Shown in pieces: positions 1 to 8,638 of a stretch of 64,000 nt of DNA; the stretch's first letter is position 1, and each line of letters begins with the position of its first letter. The notes under the pieces were generated by a model. That model had not been told where the DNA came from and did no database searches. It worked only from the letters and a program-made list of their open reading frames with translations. The translations under genes and the position numbers were made by a program. Source of the DNA: Rhodothermales bacterium (GTDB lineage: Bacteria; Bacteroidota; Rhodothermia; Rhodothermales; Bin80); contig CBDHCQ010000004.1 in NCBI GenBank assembly GCA_965261255.1, positions 3,215,559 to 3,279,558 of the forward strand, given 5' to 3'.

Positions 1-2354
1 ATCCCAGTGGGAAAGGAATTGCTTTCAGTATGCATGGCACGCTCTGGTCGCTGGACCTGGCTACGGGCGTGGCCCAAGAGCTCGTAAGCAGGCCCGAGTA
101 TTTATCATCGCCAGCCTGGCATCCTGATGGCAAGCAGCTCGCGTTTATTGCCGACGATGGGGAAGCGATTAATCTGTATTTGCTGGATCAGACTGATAGT
201 ACAGTGATGGCCCTGACCGAAGGGCGGCATTTGAATCTGGACCCTGCATGGAGCCCGGATGGCACGCAGCTGGCCTATGTGTCCACAGCGCCCAACGGCT
301 ATTTCAATGTGAAAATTCGCACTTTTTCGGACGGATCAGAAATTTCCGTGACCAACGACAATTCCTTTGGGCGACCCAGGTTGTATTTCGGCGAATATGA
401 CTTGCACATCCAGCCGGCGTGGCATTCTGGCGCGGACAGCCTGCTCATTTTATCCAATCATGGCATTGCGCTGGGATCCGGCGGCGTGTTTGCGATTCCT
501 GCCACTTCGGATGCCATGAATCACGCACGACTGGTGCACAAGGAGGAAACGCTGTATCGCACGCGGGCCGATATATCTCCAGATGGTACCCGCTTTGTGT
601 ACAGTTCTCATTTGGGCGGACAATTCAACAATCTCTTCGTACTTCCGGTACTGGGCGGGGAGCCGTATAAACTAACCTTTGGCACCTGGGACAGCTTCCA
701 CCCCCGCTTTTCTCCCGACGGTCACCAAATCGTCTATCTGTCGAATCAACATGGCTTGCCGAAGCTGCGTATGCTGGAGACTTTCGGCGGCAAAGATGAG
801 GAAATCACCATCGAATCATGGCAGTGGATCGGTGATGTAGGCCAGGTACATGTTACGGTGGTAGATGATGCCACCGGTCGCGTGTTGCCAGCCCGCATTT
901 ACACCCGGGCCAGCGATGGTAAGACCTACACGCCGCCTGACACTTACCAGCGGCAAGGTCGGATGACGGAACATTTCTTTCATACTGATGGAAGCTACAC
1001 GCAAATAGTTCCAGCCGGACCCTACACGGTTGAGGCCGTTCACGGGTTTGAGTATCATCCTGCTGCGGTCACGGTAGAGGTCATGCCGGAAGAATTGACG
1101 GAAGTAACCTTGCGACTGCGTCGCATGGCAGACCTCAAATCACACCACTGGTATAGTGGCGACAACCATGTCCACATGAACTATGCCGGCAATCTCCGGA
1201 ACACTCCGGAGAATCTCGTGGCTATGGCACGGGCGGAAGATCTGGATGTAATCGGAGAGCTCATTGCCAACAAGGACAATCGCATCCTGGACTATCAGTA
1301 CTTCACGGGCAGGCCGCATCCACTTACGGACTCAAGCATCGTGCTGTACTTCAATGAGGAGTACCGTCCTCCGTTCTATGGCCACGTTTCCTTCATCAAT
1401 CTAACCGAGCATCTGATATCTCCGTTCACCACCGGATACGAAGGAACAGCAATCGAAAGTCTGTATCCCAGTAACACGCAGATGTTTAGGCTGGCCCGAG
1501 AGCAGGGAGCCCTTAATGCCTATGTCCATCCCTATTGGGGTAACGAGGATCCGCTGGACACGAACCTGGGCGTGGCCAAGGCTTTCCCGGTGGATTTGGC
1601 CCTGGGCGTGTTGGACTATCATGAATTGGTTTCGGGAGCGGGTTGGGCCGCCTACCACGTCTGGCATCAGGCACTCAGCAATGGATTCAATCTCCCCGCT
1701 GTGGGAGGGGAGGACGCCATCAGCAGCCTGCATCGCACCGCGATTATTGGCCAGGTACGCGCCTATGCCTACATGCCGGACGGATTAAGCTGGGATGCTT
1801 GGCTGCATGCGATTCGGTCCGGTGACATGTTCGTCACCAACGGCCCCTTGCTTGACCTTGAAGTTGACGGGATATCTATGGGAGACACATTGCAATTGGA
1901 TGCGAGTGTCCAGTCGGTAACGGTCTCCGGACAAGTCCAGTCTATTGTCCCGCTGGATCAGATTGAGTTGGTCGCAGGAGGGCATGTAGTCAGTCTGGGG
2001 CCTGTATCGTCAAATGCTGACGGTACGCAGTTCACGTTCAGTCAGAAGGTAAACATTGAGTCCAGTACCTGGCTTACCCTGCAGGCCGCCTCGGCGTCAC
2101 CCATACATCCGATTGATGACAGATTCGTCCAGGCAACCACCAATCCCGTATGGATTCTAAAAGAGGGTAAGCCGGTACGGTCGTCAAGTGCTGCCGAGTA
2201 CTTCATCCGCTGGATTGACAAATTGTCGGTTATGGCCAACGACCATCCAGGCTGGCGTTCTGAAGCCGAGCGCTTGCATGTCCTTGGCGAATTTGCCGAG
2301 GCCCGCCGCGTTTACGAATCCCGTCTACAAGAGGCCCTTGAATTGGGCCGCTAA
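1..2354 (+). CDS. TolB-like beta-propeller plus PHP-type (CehA/McbA-like) metallohydrolase domain protein; 5' end probably outside the window
   Basis: The 774-aa ORF has an open frame back to base 3 (PSGKGIAFS...). The N-terminal half has repeated SPDG/HPDG-x-IAF/VY motifs typical of TolB/PD40 repeats. The central GDNHVHMNYAG is an H-x-H metal motif as in PHP/CehA-type hydrolases. Confidence 0.7.
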   Translation, partial: PSGKGIAFSMHGTLWSLDLATGVAQELVSRPEYLSSPAWHPDGKQLAFIADDGEAINLYLLDQTDSTVMALTEGRHLNLDPAWSPDGTQLAYVSTAPNGYFNVKIRTFSDGSEISVTNDNSFGRPRLYFGEYDLHIQPAWHSGADSLLILSNHGIALGSGGVFAIPATSDAMNHARLVHKEETLYRTRADISPDGTRFVYSSHLGGQFNNLFVLPVLGGEPYKLTFGTWDSFHPRFSPDGHQIVYLSNQHGLPKLRMLETFGGKDEEITIESWQWIGDVGQVHVTVVDDATGRVLPARIYTRASDGKTYTPPDTYQRQGRMTEHFFHTDGSYTQIVPAGPYTVEAVHGFEYHPAAVTVEVMPEELTEVTLRLRRMADLKSHHWYSGDNHVHMNYAGNLRNTPENLVAMARAEDLDVIGELIANKDNRILDYQYFTGRPHPLTDSSIVLYFNEEYRPPFYGHVSFINLTEHLISPFTTGYEGTAIESLYPSNTQMFRLAREQGALNAYVHPYWGNEDPLDTNLGVAKAFPVDLALGVLDYHELVSGAGWAAYHVWHQALSNGFNLPAVGGEDAISSLHRTAIIGQVRAYAYMPDGLSWDAWLHAIRSGDMFVTNGPLLDLEVDGISMGDTLQLDASVQSVTVSGQVQSIVPLDQIELVAGGHVVSLGPVSSNADGTQFTFSQKVNIESSTWLTLQAASASPIHPIDDRFVQATTNPVWILKEGKPVRSSSAAEYFIRWIDKLSVMANDHPGWRSEAERLHVLGEFAEARRVYESRLQEALELGR

Positions 2355-3035
2355 GTTACAGTGACAACAGATTGGCAAACAGGCGATACGCCCCGGCAAC
2401 CGCATAGGTCAGCTGGCGGTGGAACGCGAGTGCACAATATGTATAGTGTCCCTGACCGTATTCCGCCGTTAGAAATGCGCCCCTTTGCGGATCCTGACCG
2501 GTGTCATGGGTTTCGATGAGTGCCGAATAGGCCTCATCCCATTCCGTAAAGAATTTGGATCCGCGCTGCTCCACCCAACCGTCAAAATCGGCCGCTGTAA
2601 TGGCATTGGGGACCGTGATAACAGGATGGTCTGGGGCGAGAATCGTAACGGGTGCGTCCTCCTCGGATACCTCCTCGGCACCCCGAGACAACCGGGCTGA
2701 AATCGGTGCCATCTGCTCTGGCACAAATTCCTGTGTCTGATACAATACAATCAGGTTGCCACCTGCATGGGCATAGTCCATAAGCCTCCGGTTGTAGGTA
2801 AGCAAGTCCTGCCGCACTGCATAGGCCCGTATTCCGACCATAATCACATCATAGGAATCCAAATCACCGCTGGCCAGGTCCGCTTCCTGAAGCAAAGTAA
2901 CATGAGCACCCAATTGCTCAATTCCCGAAGGAACCTCATCGCCGACACCCATGGCGTAGCCCACATTCAAACCCGCGGCAACTTCCACATTGAGTCCACT
3001 GACCAAAGTAGTGGCATCGCGGAACAGGTAGCGTG

Positions 3036-3043
3036 TTTCCATA
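3036..3043. repeat. Target-site duplication, left copy (TTTCCATA)
   Basis: Identical 8-mer TTTCCATA at 3036..3043 and 4458..4465, directly abutting the two inverted repeats. Confidence 0.85.
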
Positions 3044-3069
3044 GGGAATTATATACAATAGTGCCGGTG
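3044..3069. repeat. Left terminal inverted repeat of the tnpB element
   Basis: GGGAATTATATACAATAGTGCCGGTG compared with the reverse complement of 4432..4457, GGGAATTATATACAAGAGTGCCGATG. Confidence 0.85.
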
Positions 3070-3107
3070 GTAGGAATCTATCCCCAGCTCTGGTAGGTAT
3101 ACGGATA

Positions 3108-3137
3108 CAGTAGGATGGATCGCATGCCACCCTACTG
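3108..3137 (+). other. Subterminal stem-loop in the left end of the tnpB element
   Basis: CAGTAGGATGG (3108..3118) pairs with CCACCCTACTG (3127..3137), 11 bp with one mismatch and an 8-nt loop. It resembles the subterminal hairpins of IS200/IS605 ends. Confidence 0.45.
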
Positions 3138-3153
3138 CATACCATAACATCAG

Positions 3154-4452
3154 TTGCGTTATGCCATGCCCGCAGAGTCCGTAAATCAAAGATCACAGGA
3201 ACGTTCCTATGTCAGCGTTCGCTTTCGGCTACGGGGCAAGCGCAAGATCTATCGGTTTCTGAATGAGCTGGCAGGTGCCAACCGCTATCTCTGGAACGCA
3301 GCCCTGGCGCAGTGCAGAAAGGACTACGCGGAGACCGGCAAATCAAAGACAGCCCGCAATAGCCTGTTCAAATGGTATAAACAGCATAAGGATACCGAAG
3401 CACCCTGGTTATCCAAGTACCCCGTAGCGTTAACTCGAACTGGGTTGCAAGGCCTCTCAGTTGCCTATAGAGAATTCTTCATGCAGCCGGAGCGAGGGCA
3501 TCCGAAGTTCAAGAAGAAGGGTAAAGCCAAGAAGACGTTTGCAGTGGAGATTGCTAGTTCGCCAATCAAGCAAAACGGATACTTCCGTTTGAAGCAGGGC
3601 CTGTTTGCGAAGATGATGGACTACGACAGGATCAATCGATACTCCAATCCTGTCCCCAAGTCAGCACGAATCTTTGAAGACCGGGGCAAGTGGTATATCA
3701 CGGTCGCCTATGAAGTAGACGCAGTAGCGTATCAATCTGACGGCATAGGCGTTGGTGTTGACCGAAACGTAGGGCAAGTCGCCGACAGCACCGGACAGAT
3801 GCACCACCTGACAGACGTAGAACGTTTAGAGAAGCGGATCAAGAACCTGCAACGCCGGCAAGCCAGGCGGAAGAACGGCAGTTGCAAATACAGAAAGACG
3901 AAAAGGACGATTGCTCGTCACAAACGCAAGATCGCAAACATACGCAGGAATGATCACAGACATATTGCACGGGACCTAACGACCTGTTCAACTCTAGTGT
4001 TACTGGAAGCCTTGAAAACCAAAGGGATGACGGCCAGTGCAAAGGGAACGGTTGAGACTCCAGGCAAGAATGTCAAACAGAAAGCAGGGCTCAATCATGG
4101 TATCCTTGGCACAGGCTGGCGCATTTTGGAGGGATTCCTTGAAGAGCGTGCTGTCGTCCATAAGATCAATCCGGCGTACACATCACAAACCTGCAGTAAA
4201 TGCGGTCACGTAGACCCGAAGAATCGGGGATCACAAGCCGTATTCAGATGTCAGCGATGTGAATATCTCATCAATGCAGACGTAAACGCAGCATTGAATA
4301 TACGGACGTTGGGGATGGCGTCCTGGCGGAAGCTAAACGGTTCTGGAGCCTATGTAAGACCTGTCATTGCAGCGCGTGAGCCTGCAACCAGGCCACGGGT
4401 GCTGAAAGAGCAAAACGGACAATTCGTGCCTCATCGGCACTCTTGTATATAA
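3154..4452 (+). CDS. tnpB: TnpB-like RNA-guided endonuclease (OrfB_IS605 / RuvC plus zinc ribbon)
   Basis: The 432-aa ORF has RuvC-like acidic motifs (GVGVDRN, LVLLEALK, INADVNAALNI) and a CxxC..CxxC zinc ribbon (CSKCGH...CQRCEY). The ORF-track start is TTG at 3154 and the first ATG is at 3166. The stop TAA at 4450..4452 lies inside the right TIR. The last ~45 codons may be read-through of the guide-RNA scaffold. Confidence 0.85.
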   Translation: MRYAMPAESVNQRSQERSYVSVRFRLRGKRKIYRFLNELAGANRYLWNAALAQCRKDYAETGKSKTARNSLFKWYKQHKDTEAPWLSKYPVALTRTGLQGLSVAYREFFMQPERGHPKFKKKGKAKKTFAVEIASSPIKQNGYFRLKQGLFAKMMDYDRINRYSNPVPKSARIFEDRGKWYITVAYEVDAVAYQSDGIGVGVDRNVGQVADSTGQMHHLTDVERLEKRIKNLQRRQARRKNGSCKYRKTKRTIARHKRKIANIRRNDHRHIARDLTTCSTLVLLEALKTKGMTASAKGTVETPGKNVKQKAGLNHGILGTGWRILEGFLEERAVVHKINPAYTSQTCSKCGHVDPKNRGSQAVFRCQRCEYLINADVNAALNIRTLGMASWRKLNGSGAYVRPVIAAREPATRPRVLKEQNGQFVPHRHSCI

Positions 4453-4457
4453 TTCCC
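4300..4457 (+). ncRNA. Putative omega/reRNA scaffold overlapping the tnpB 3' end
   Basis: This is inference from known TnpB biology, where the guide RNA derives from the 3' end of tnpB and the right end. Stem-loops are visible at 4376..4397 (GTGaGCCTG/CAGGCCAC) and 4426..4440 (GTGCC/GGCAC). I ran no covariance model. Confidence 0.3.
4432..4457. repeat. Right terminal inverted repeat of the tnpB element
   Basis: Reverse complement matches 3044..3069 at 24 of 26 positions by eye. Confidence 0.85.
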
Positions 4458-4465
4458 TTTCCATA
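4458..4465. repeat. Target-site duplication, right copy (TTTCCATA)
   Basis: Identical to 3036..3043. Confidence 0.85.
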
Positions 4466-6492
4466 TCTCTATTACGGATAACCTGGTAGCCCCCACTGAT
4501 ACGGGCCTCGCCGATCTGGGCAATGGCGCGGACTTCATATTCCTCGCCCGCTTGCAATGTTGGCACAGCTACATCAAAGGAAAACGTATGACGTTCTCCC
4601 GCTTGTGCGAATGACAAGTCGTAACCGGCCGGATCGGCCGTCCATCCCTCGGGAAGGCCGAGCTGCAACAGGCCCTGCGTGCCACCGGCAACATTGTTAA
4701 TGACCTCAGTATCCACTGTAAAAAGACTGCCGCCTTCCTGGGGGATAACGATTCGCTGCGCAGGTACCACATTGACGGCCACCGCTGGCATAACCTGAAG
4801 TTTTCTCATGACAAACCCATAGGGCAGGTCTGCTTCACGGGTTTTCACGTCCCGCATCAGCATAAAAGGCACGCCCAGGACCTCTATCGTAGCGGTTACG
4901 CGTAAGCTGGCGGGTCGGGTAGGCCGATGAATCCACATGGGCTCACGCCACTGGAAGTGGTTTTCCTTGACACTTGACCGAAAGAAGTAGGGACGGGCAT
5001 AGGGAACATTCTCCGGAACGGTAGCAGTAAACATCACTTGGTGATAGGGTGCTGATTGCCGGGTGTCCGACTCAATCTGCCAATCGTCTGCGGTCAATCC
5101 CGACGGATCGTCAATGGCCAGCATCACACCGTCAGCCTCGATTGCCGACGGATTATACAAGCGTGCATGCACCTCAAAGGTCTGGCCACGGACAACTGGC
5201 CCCATTGTGCTGGGTGCTTGCCAGAAGCTTACCGCCGCCGGCGTGCCTGGCGGCTGTGCTGTCGCAGTAAGGGTAATGCCCATCGCCGTGGTTATGGCAT
5301 GCTGGAATTGCTGCTCCTTAATTCGCAGCATAAAGGCGGTTTCTGAGTCGGATGGGAGCAAGGTCAGCAGTGCCCTGGTCTGATCAAGGCCAGCGGTGAG
5401 GTGGCCAACGACTGCTGCCGGACTACTCGGCTTAAGCGCCGTCATGGCCTCATGCACATGCATGGCTATCCCTGCCAAAAGGTCTGTTGCGCCCGCTGGG
5501 GGCATTTCGCCCGTCAGTTCAAATAAGCCTCCCAGCGAGACGTCCAGTCCATCATAGATACCTTCTTCCGGTGCGGGGCCGGGCTCGGACAGGCGTTCAT
5601 AGTAATAGGGAACCGGTCCCATACTGGATCGCGATCGTCCGCTGGTTTGTGAACGCTGAAGACGTAGGCCATAAACGCCAAAGTTGTAATAGGAATCTCC
5701 GATCCACGGGCTGTGCTGTCCGGCATCAAAGTTGATACACCAAGGTTGGTTTTCGCGTACGCCGCCACGATATGATTTGCGCACGGTCCACGGCCGCAGA
5801 CCTTCTTCGATAATCTGTTCGGGAAACCGGTCTGGATCAGCTGCCGCCGCGACCGCGTCAGAGGTCAGTCCGCCAATAGCCTGATGATTGCCGTGCCCGT
5901 CTCGCACGGACCCGTGGAATCTACTGATGACCACAAGCGGCCGATTCGTCCGAATTATCCGCACCATATCGGAGAGCAGGCACTCTGTGTCCCAGCTTTT
6001 GAGCGATTCTTCCAATGTCTTGGAATATCCGTAATCCGCAGCACTGGAAAAATAGAGGTCGTCGAGTCCATAATATCAACCGGCAAGGCGTAGCTCTTCA
6101 GTTCGGATCAATCCCAGGCCGTCGAATAATTCAGGGCCGATGGCATTGGCACCAGCTTCCCCGCGATTGACCGAGAATAGCGCCACTCGTGCACCGACTC
6201 CTCGGCTCAAGTGCGTAAGCAGTCCGGCATGTTCATCATCCGGATGGGCTACGGTATGCAGCATACTGCCGGTAGTAGACAGCTTTAGCAGTTGTTGCCA
6301 CAACCCCGAACTTCCCCGGTCCACGTCCAGCAGGTGCCGCCTTCGGTATCCAAGGTGCTCAAGAGTACAGATTCTTGAGCCAAAGTCACAGATGAGCAGA
6401 ATAAACAGGCTACAAATAGGATGGTCAAGCGGCACATGAGTTGGCAAAATTATGGTGAATAGCTGCAGAATCAATCTAGCTGGCAACGATAG

Positions 6493-8295
6493 CTATCCTG
6501 TGCTTGGCGCATGGTCCTCAGTAGCTTGCAGCGCAACCTTTACGGTAGCCGCTGCGCCCAGGGCAGCTACAATAAGCAGCAGAACACCACTCAAGGTGCG
6601 TCCGGTAACCAGATAGCCAATACCCAGGAGGCTGGACCATAAGAAGATGACGCCCAGGGCCCAGGCCATCCAGCGTTTCCACGCCGCCGGATCGGGGCTG
6701 CCGCCAGGTACGATTTTGGCGATAGGTCCCCACCACCCCCCGGGGCGAACGCGCTCATAGAAAGCGACCAGTCGGGATTCTGAGTCGGGCTTCGTGGTCA
6801 GGGCCACAATCACCCATATGACAGAGCAAGCTACCAAAATGGCAATAGCCCGAATAAAGTCATACTCTCCGCTGTAGAATGTCTGCATGGCAGCAAGCGA
6901 AGATCCACCGAGCAGACCGGTGCCCTCTAGCACACGGATCCAAAGGAATCCGTTGGCAAACACGAACGAGGCCAGGATGGCAGAGATTTCAGCCCAGGCA
7001 TTGATTCGCCACCAGTACCATCGCATCAGCCATACAACAGCCAAGCCTGCCGTGATCTCAATCACATAGATCCACCCGCGTTCGATGGATTCCATTTGCC
7101 AGGCGGTGATGGCCGCCAGCGTGACCAAAACGAGCACGGCCCCGCGCGAGGCCACTACGTAGTGACGTTGAGTAGCATCTTTACGAACGAACCTCCGGTA
7201 GACATCATTAACGAGATAGGAGGCCCCCCAGCACAAATGGGTGTCCATGGTACTCATGAAGGCAGCCAGAAATGATGCAACCATCAGCCCCTTGAGTCCC
7301 GCAGGCATCAGTTCACCGATCATCATGGGGTAGGCCAGTTCGGGATCGGCCGCCAGTTCAGGCCCAGCCAATGCAAGCGGAAATATGAGCAACGAACCCA
7401 AGCCGACAATAATCCAGGGCCAGGTCATCAGTACCGTGCCGGCAAAGCTGAACCAAAGCGCACCTAGCAGGGATTGTTTTTCGTCTTTCGTCGCGAAGAG
7501 CCGTTGGGCAATGTATCCGTCTCCCTGGCCGCTTCGAGTCCACAAGACAAAGATAAGCAGGAAAAAACTCACAGCTTCCAGGGAGCTCAGGTGGGCAGGG
7601 TTGGGAATGATGTCCAGTGTGGCCGGATTGTCGCTGATATTGGCAATCTGATTGGCCATTTCTGCTGGACCGCCAAGTTGATGCAAGACGATGCCTGCCA
7701 AAATGACGGTGCCCAGGATTCCGGTAGTAAATTGCAACAGATCCGTAACGACCACGCCCCAAAGCCCGCTGGCAACGGTGTAGACCATGGCCAGCGCAAT
7801 ACACACCACCAAAGTTACTTCGGGCTCCCAGCCCAACAGCACCTGGCTGAATTTGATCATGGCCAGCATCACCCAGCCCATGACCACGCAATTCTTCAGT
7901 ACGCCTTGATAGACGGCCGAGAATCCGCGAAGCAGCGCGGCGGGCCGCCCGGAATACCGCAATTCAATGAACTCGGCATCGGTAATGATGCGGGCCCGCC
8001 GCCACATACGGGCATAGAAGAACACTAGCATCATAATGCCGGCGGCCTCATACCACCACAGCCAGTTACCGAATATTCCGTTGGTCCTCACCAATGAAGA
8101 GACGACCAGTGGTGCGTCCGTCGCAAACCATGTTGCTGCAATGGATGTGCCGGCTATCCACCAGGGGAGGCTGCGGCCAGCCACGAAAAAATCCTCAACA
8201 CTGCCCCCTGCTTTTCGCGTAAACCACAGGCCGATCACCGCCGTTACGACCCCGTATGCGGCAATGACCATCCAGTCAAGAAGGACGAGCTGCAT
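6493..8295 (-). CDS. Sodium:solute symporter (SSF) family transporter
   Basis: The 600-aa protein is polytopic and hydrophobic. Its N-terminal FFVAGRSLPWWIAGTSIAATW is typical of SSF permeases. It ends 7 nt before the start of the PIG-L pseudogene, suggesting an operon. Confidence 0.8.
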   Translation of the reverse strand: MQLVLLDWMVIAAYGVVTAVIGLWFTRKAGGSVEDFFVAGRSLPWWIAGTSIAATWFATDAPLVVSSLVRTNGIFGNWLWWYEAAGIMMLVFFYARMWRRARIITDAEFIELRYSGRPAALLRGFSAVYQGVLKNCVVMGWVMLAMIKFSQVLLGWEPEVTLVVCIALAMVYTVASGLWGVVVTDLLQFTTGILGTVILAGIVLHQLGGPAEMANQIANISDNPATLDIIPNPAHLSSLEAVSFFLLIFVLWTRSGQGDGYIAQRLFATKDEKQSLLGALWFSFAGTVLMTWPWIIVGLGSLLIFPLALAGPELAADPELAYPMMIGELMPAGLKGLMVASFLAAFMSTMDTHLCWGASYLVNDVYRRFVRKDATQRHYVVASRGAVLVLVTLAAITAWQMESIERGWIYVIEITAGLAVVWLMRWYWWRINAWAEISAILASFVFANGFLWIRVLEGTGLLGGSSLAAMQTFYSGEYDFIRAIAILVACSVIWVIVALTTKPDSESRLVAFYERVRPGGWWGPIAKIVPGGSPDPAAWKRWMAWALGVIFLWSSLLGIGYLVTGRTLSGVLLLIVAALGAAATVKVALQATEDHAPSTG

Positions 8296-8600
8296 GCAAA
8301 TTGGCGTTGGGCTGTCAATCTAATTTACAATTCACAGAGCATTAATGGCGGGTAACTGACCCGGACTTCGCACCGGCCCTGCGAAATCGGCTTTTTGGGA
8401 TGAATAATGACCGAATCATCTTCCCCACAGGAAAGTCAAACAGAGCTGGGAAAAGGTCAGTAGCGCAGACTCCTGCGAGCCGTCGCCCGAGCGCAAGCTG
8501 CATCGGGGATAAACCGTAAATCAAACCGACCATAGGGGCGATGTCATGCCATCGTTAACCACTTGACTCTACAAGCTAGGGGAGGGATGAATACTATGGG

Positions 8601-8619
8601 CTAGCCTGAATTCCCGCGG
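8601..8619. repeat. IS terminal inverted repeat (transposase 3' side)
   Basis: See the mobile element 8601..10692. Confidence 0.7.
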
Positions 8620-8638
8620 TGATTTTTTCATGTGAGGA

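Larger units (their letters stand above)
3044..4457 (+). mobile_element. 1414-bp tnpB-only insertion element with terminal inverted repeats and 8-bp TSD
   Basis: Bounded by 26-bp imperfect TIRs (24/26 by eye, the outer 15 bp perfect: GGGAATTATATACAA) and flanked by the 8-bp direct repeat TTTCCATA. The single ORF is TnpB-like. Removing the element restores the host reading frame. Confidence 0.8.
2356..6486 (-). pseudogene. PIG-L/LmbE-family deacetylase (large form, about 900 codons when repaired), disrupted by an in-frame TGA and by the tnpB element
   Basis: Three same-strand ORF pieces: 6076..6486, 4333..6015 and 2356..3042. The AHPDDE hallmark of PIG-L/LmbE lies in the N-terminal piece. Pieces 1 and 2 share a frame and are separated only by TGA at 6076..6078 (...EELRLAG*YYGLDDLYF...). 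Pieces 2 and 3 rejoin in frame (...VIRNRDMETRYLFRD...) when 3044..4457 plus one 8-bp repeat are removed. Confidence 0.8.

Noticed and set aside
4333-4461. C-terminal 40 aa of the 560-aa minus-strand ORF (LYTRVPMRHELSV...)
   Set aside because: This tail is antisense read-through into the tnpB element and is not part of the PIG-L protein.
6076-6078. In-frame TGA as selenocysteine or reassigned codon
   Set aside because: TGA is used as an ordinary stop by several well-supported genes here, for example the RecQ-like gene, the first DprA-like gene, the metalloprotease and the AtpI-like ORF. The gene is independently broken by a transposon, and the context fits a simple CGA-to-TGA nonsense change.
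7358-8028. ORFs of 177 and 184 aa (7358..7891 minus strand, 7474..8028 plus strand) inside the SSF transporter gene
   Set aside because: They are alternative-frame or antisense shadows of a strongly supported 600-aa permease. Their translations are rich in Arg, Gly, His and Pro with no motif.
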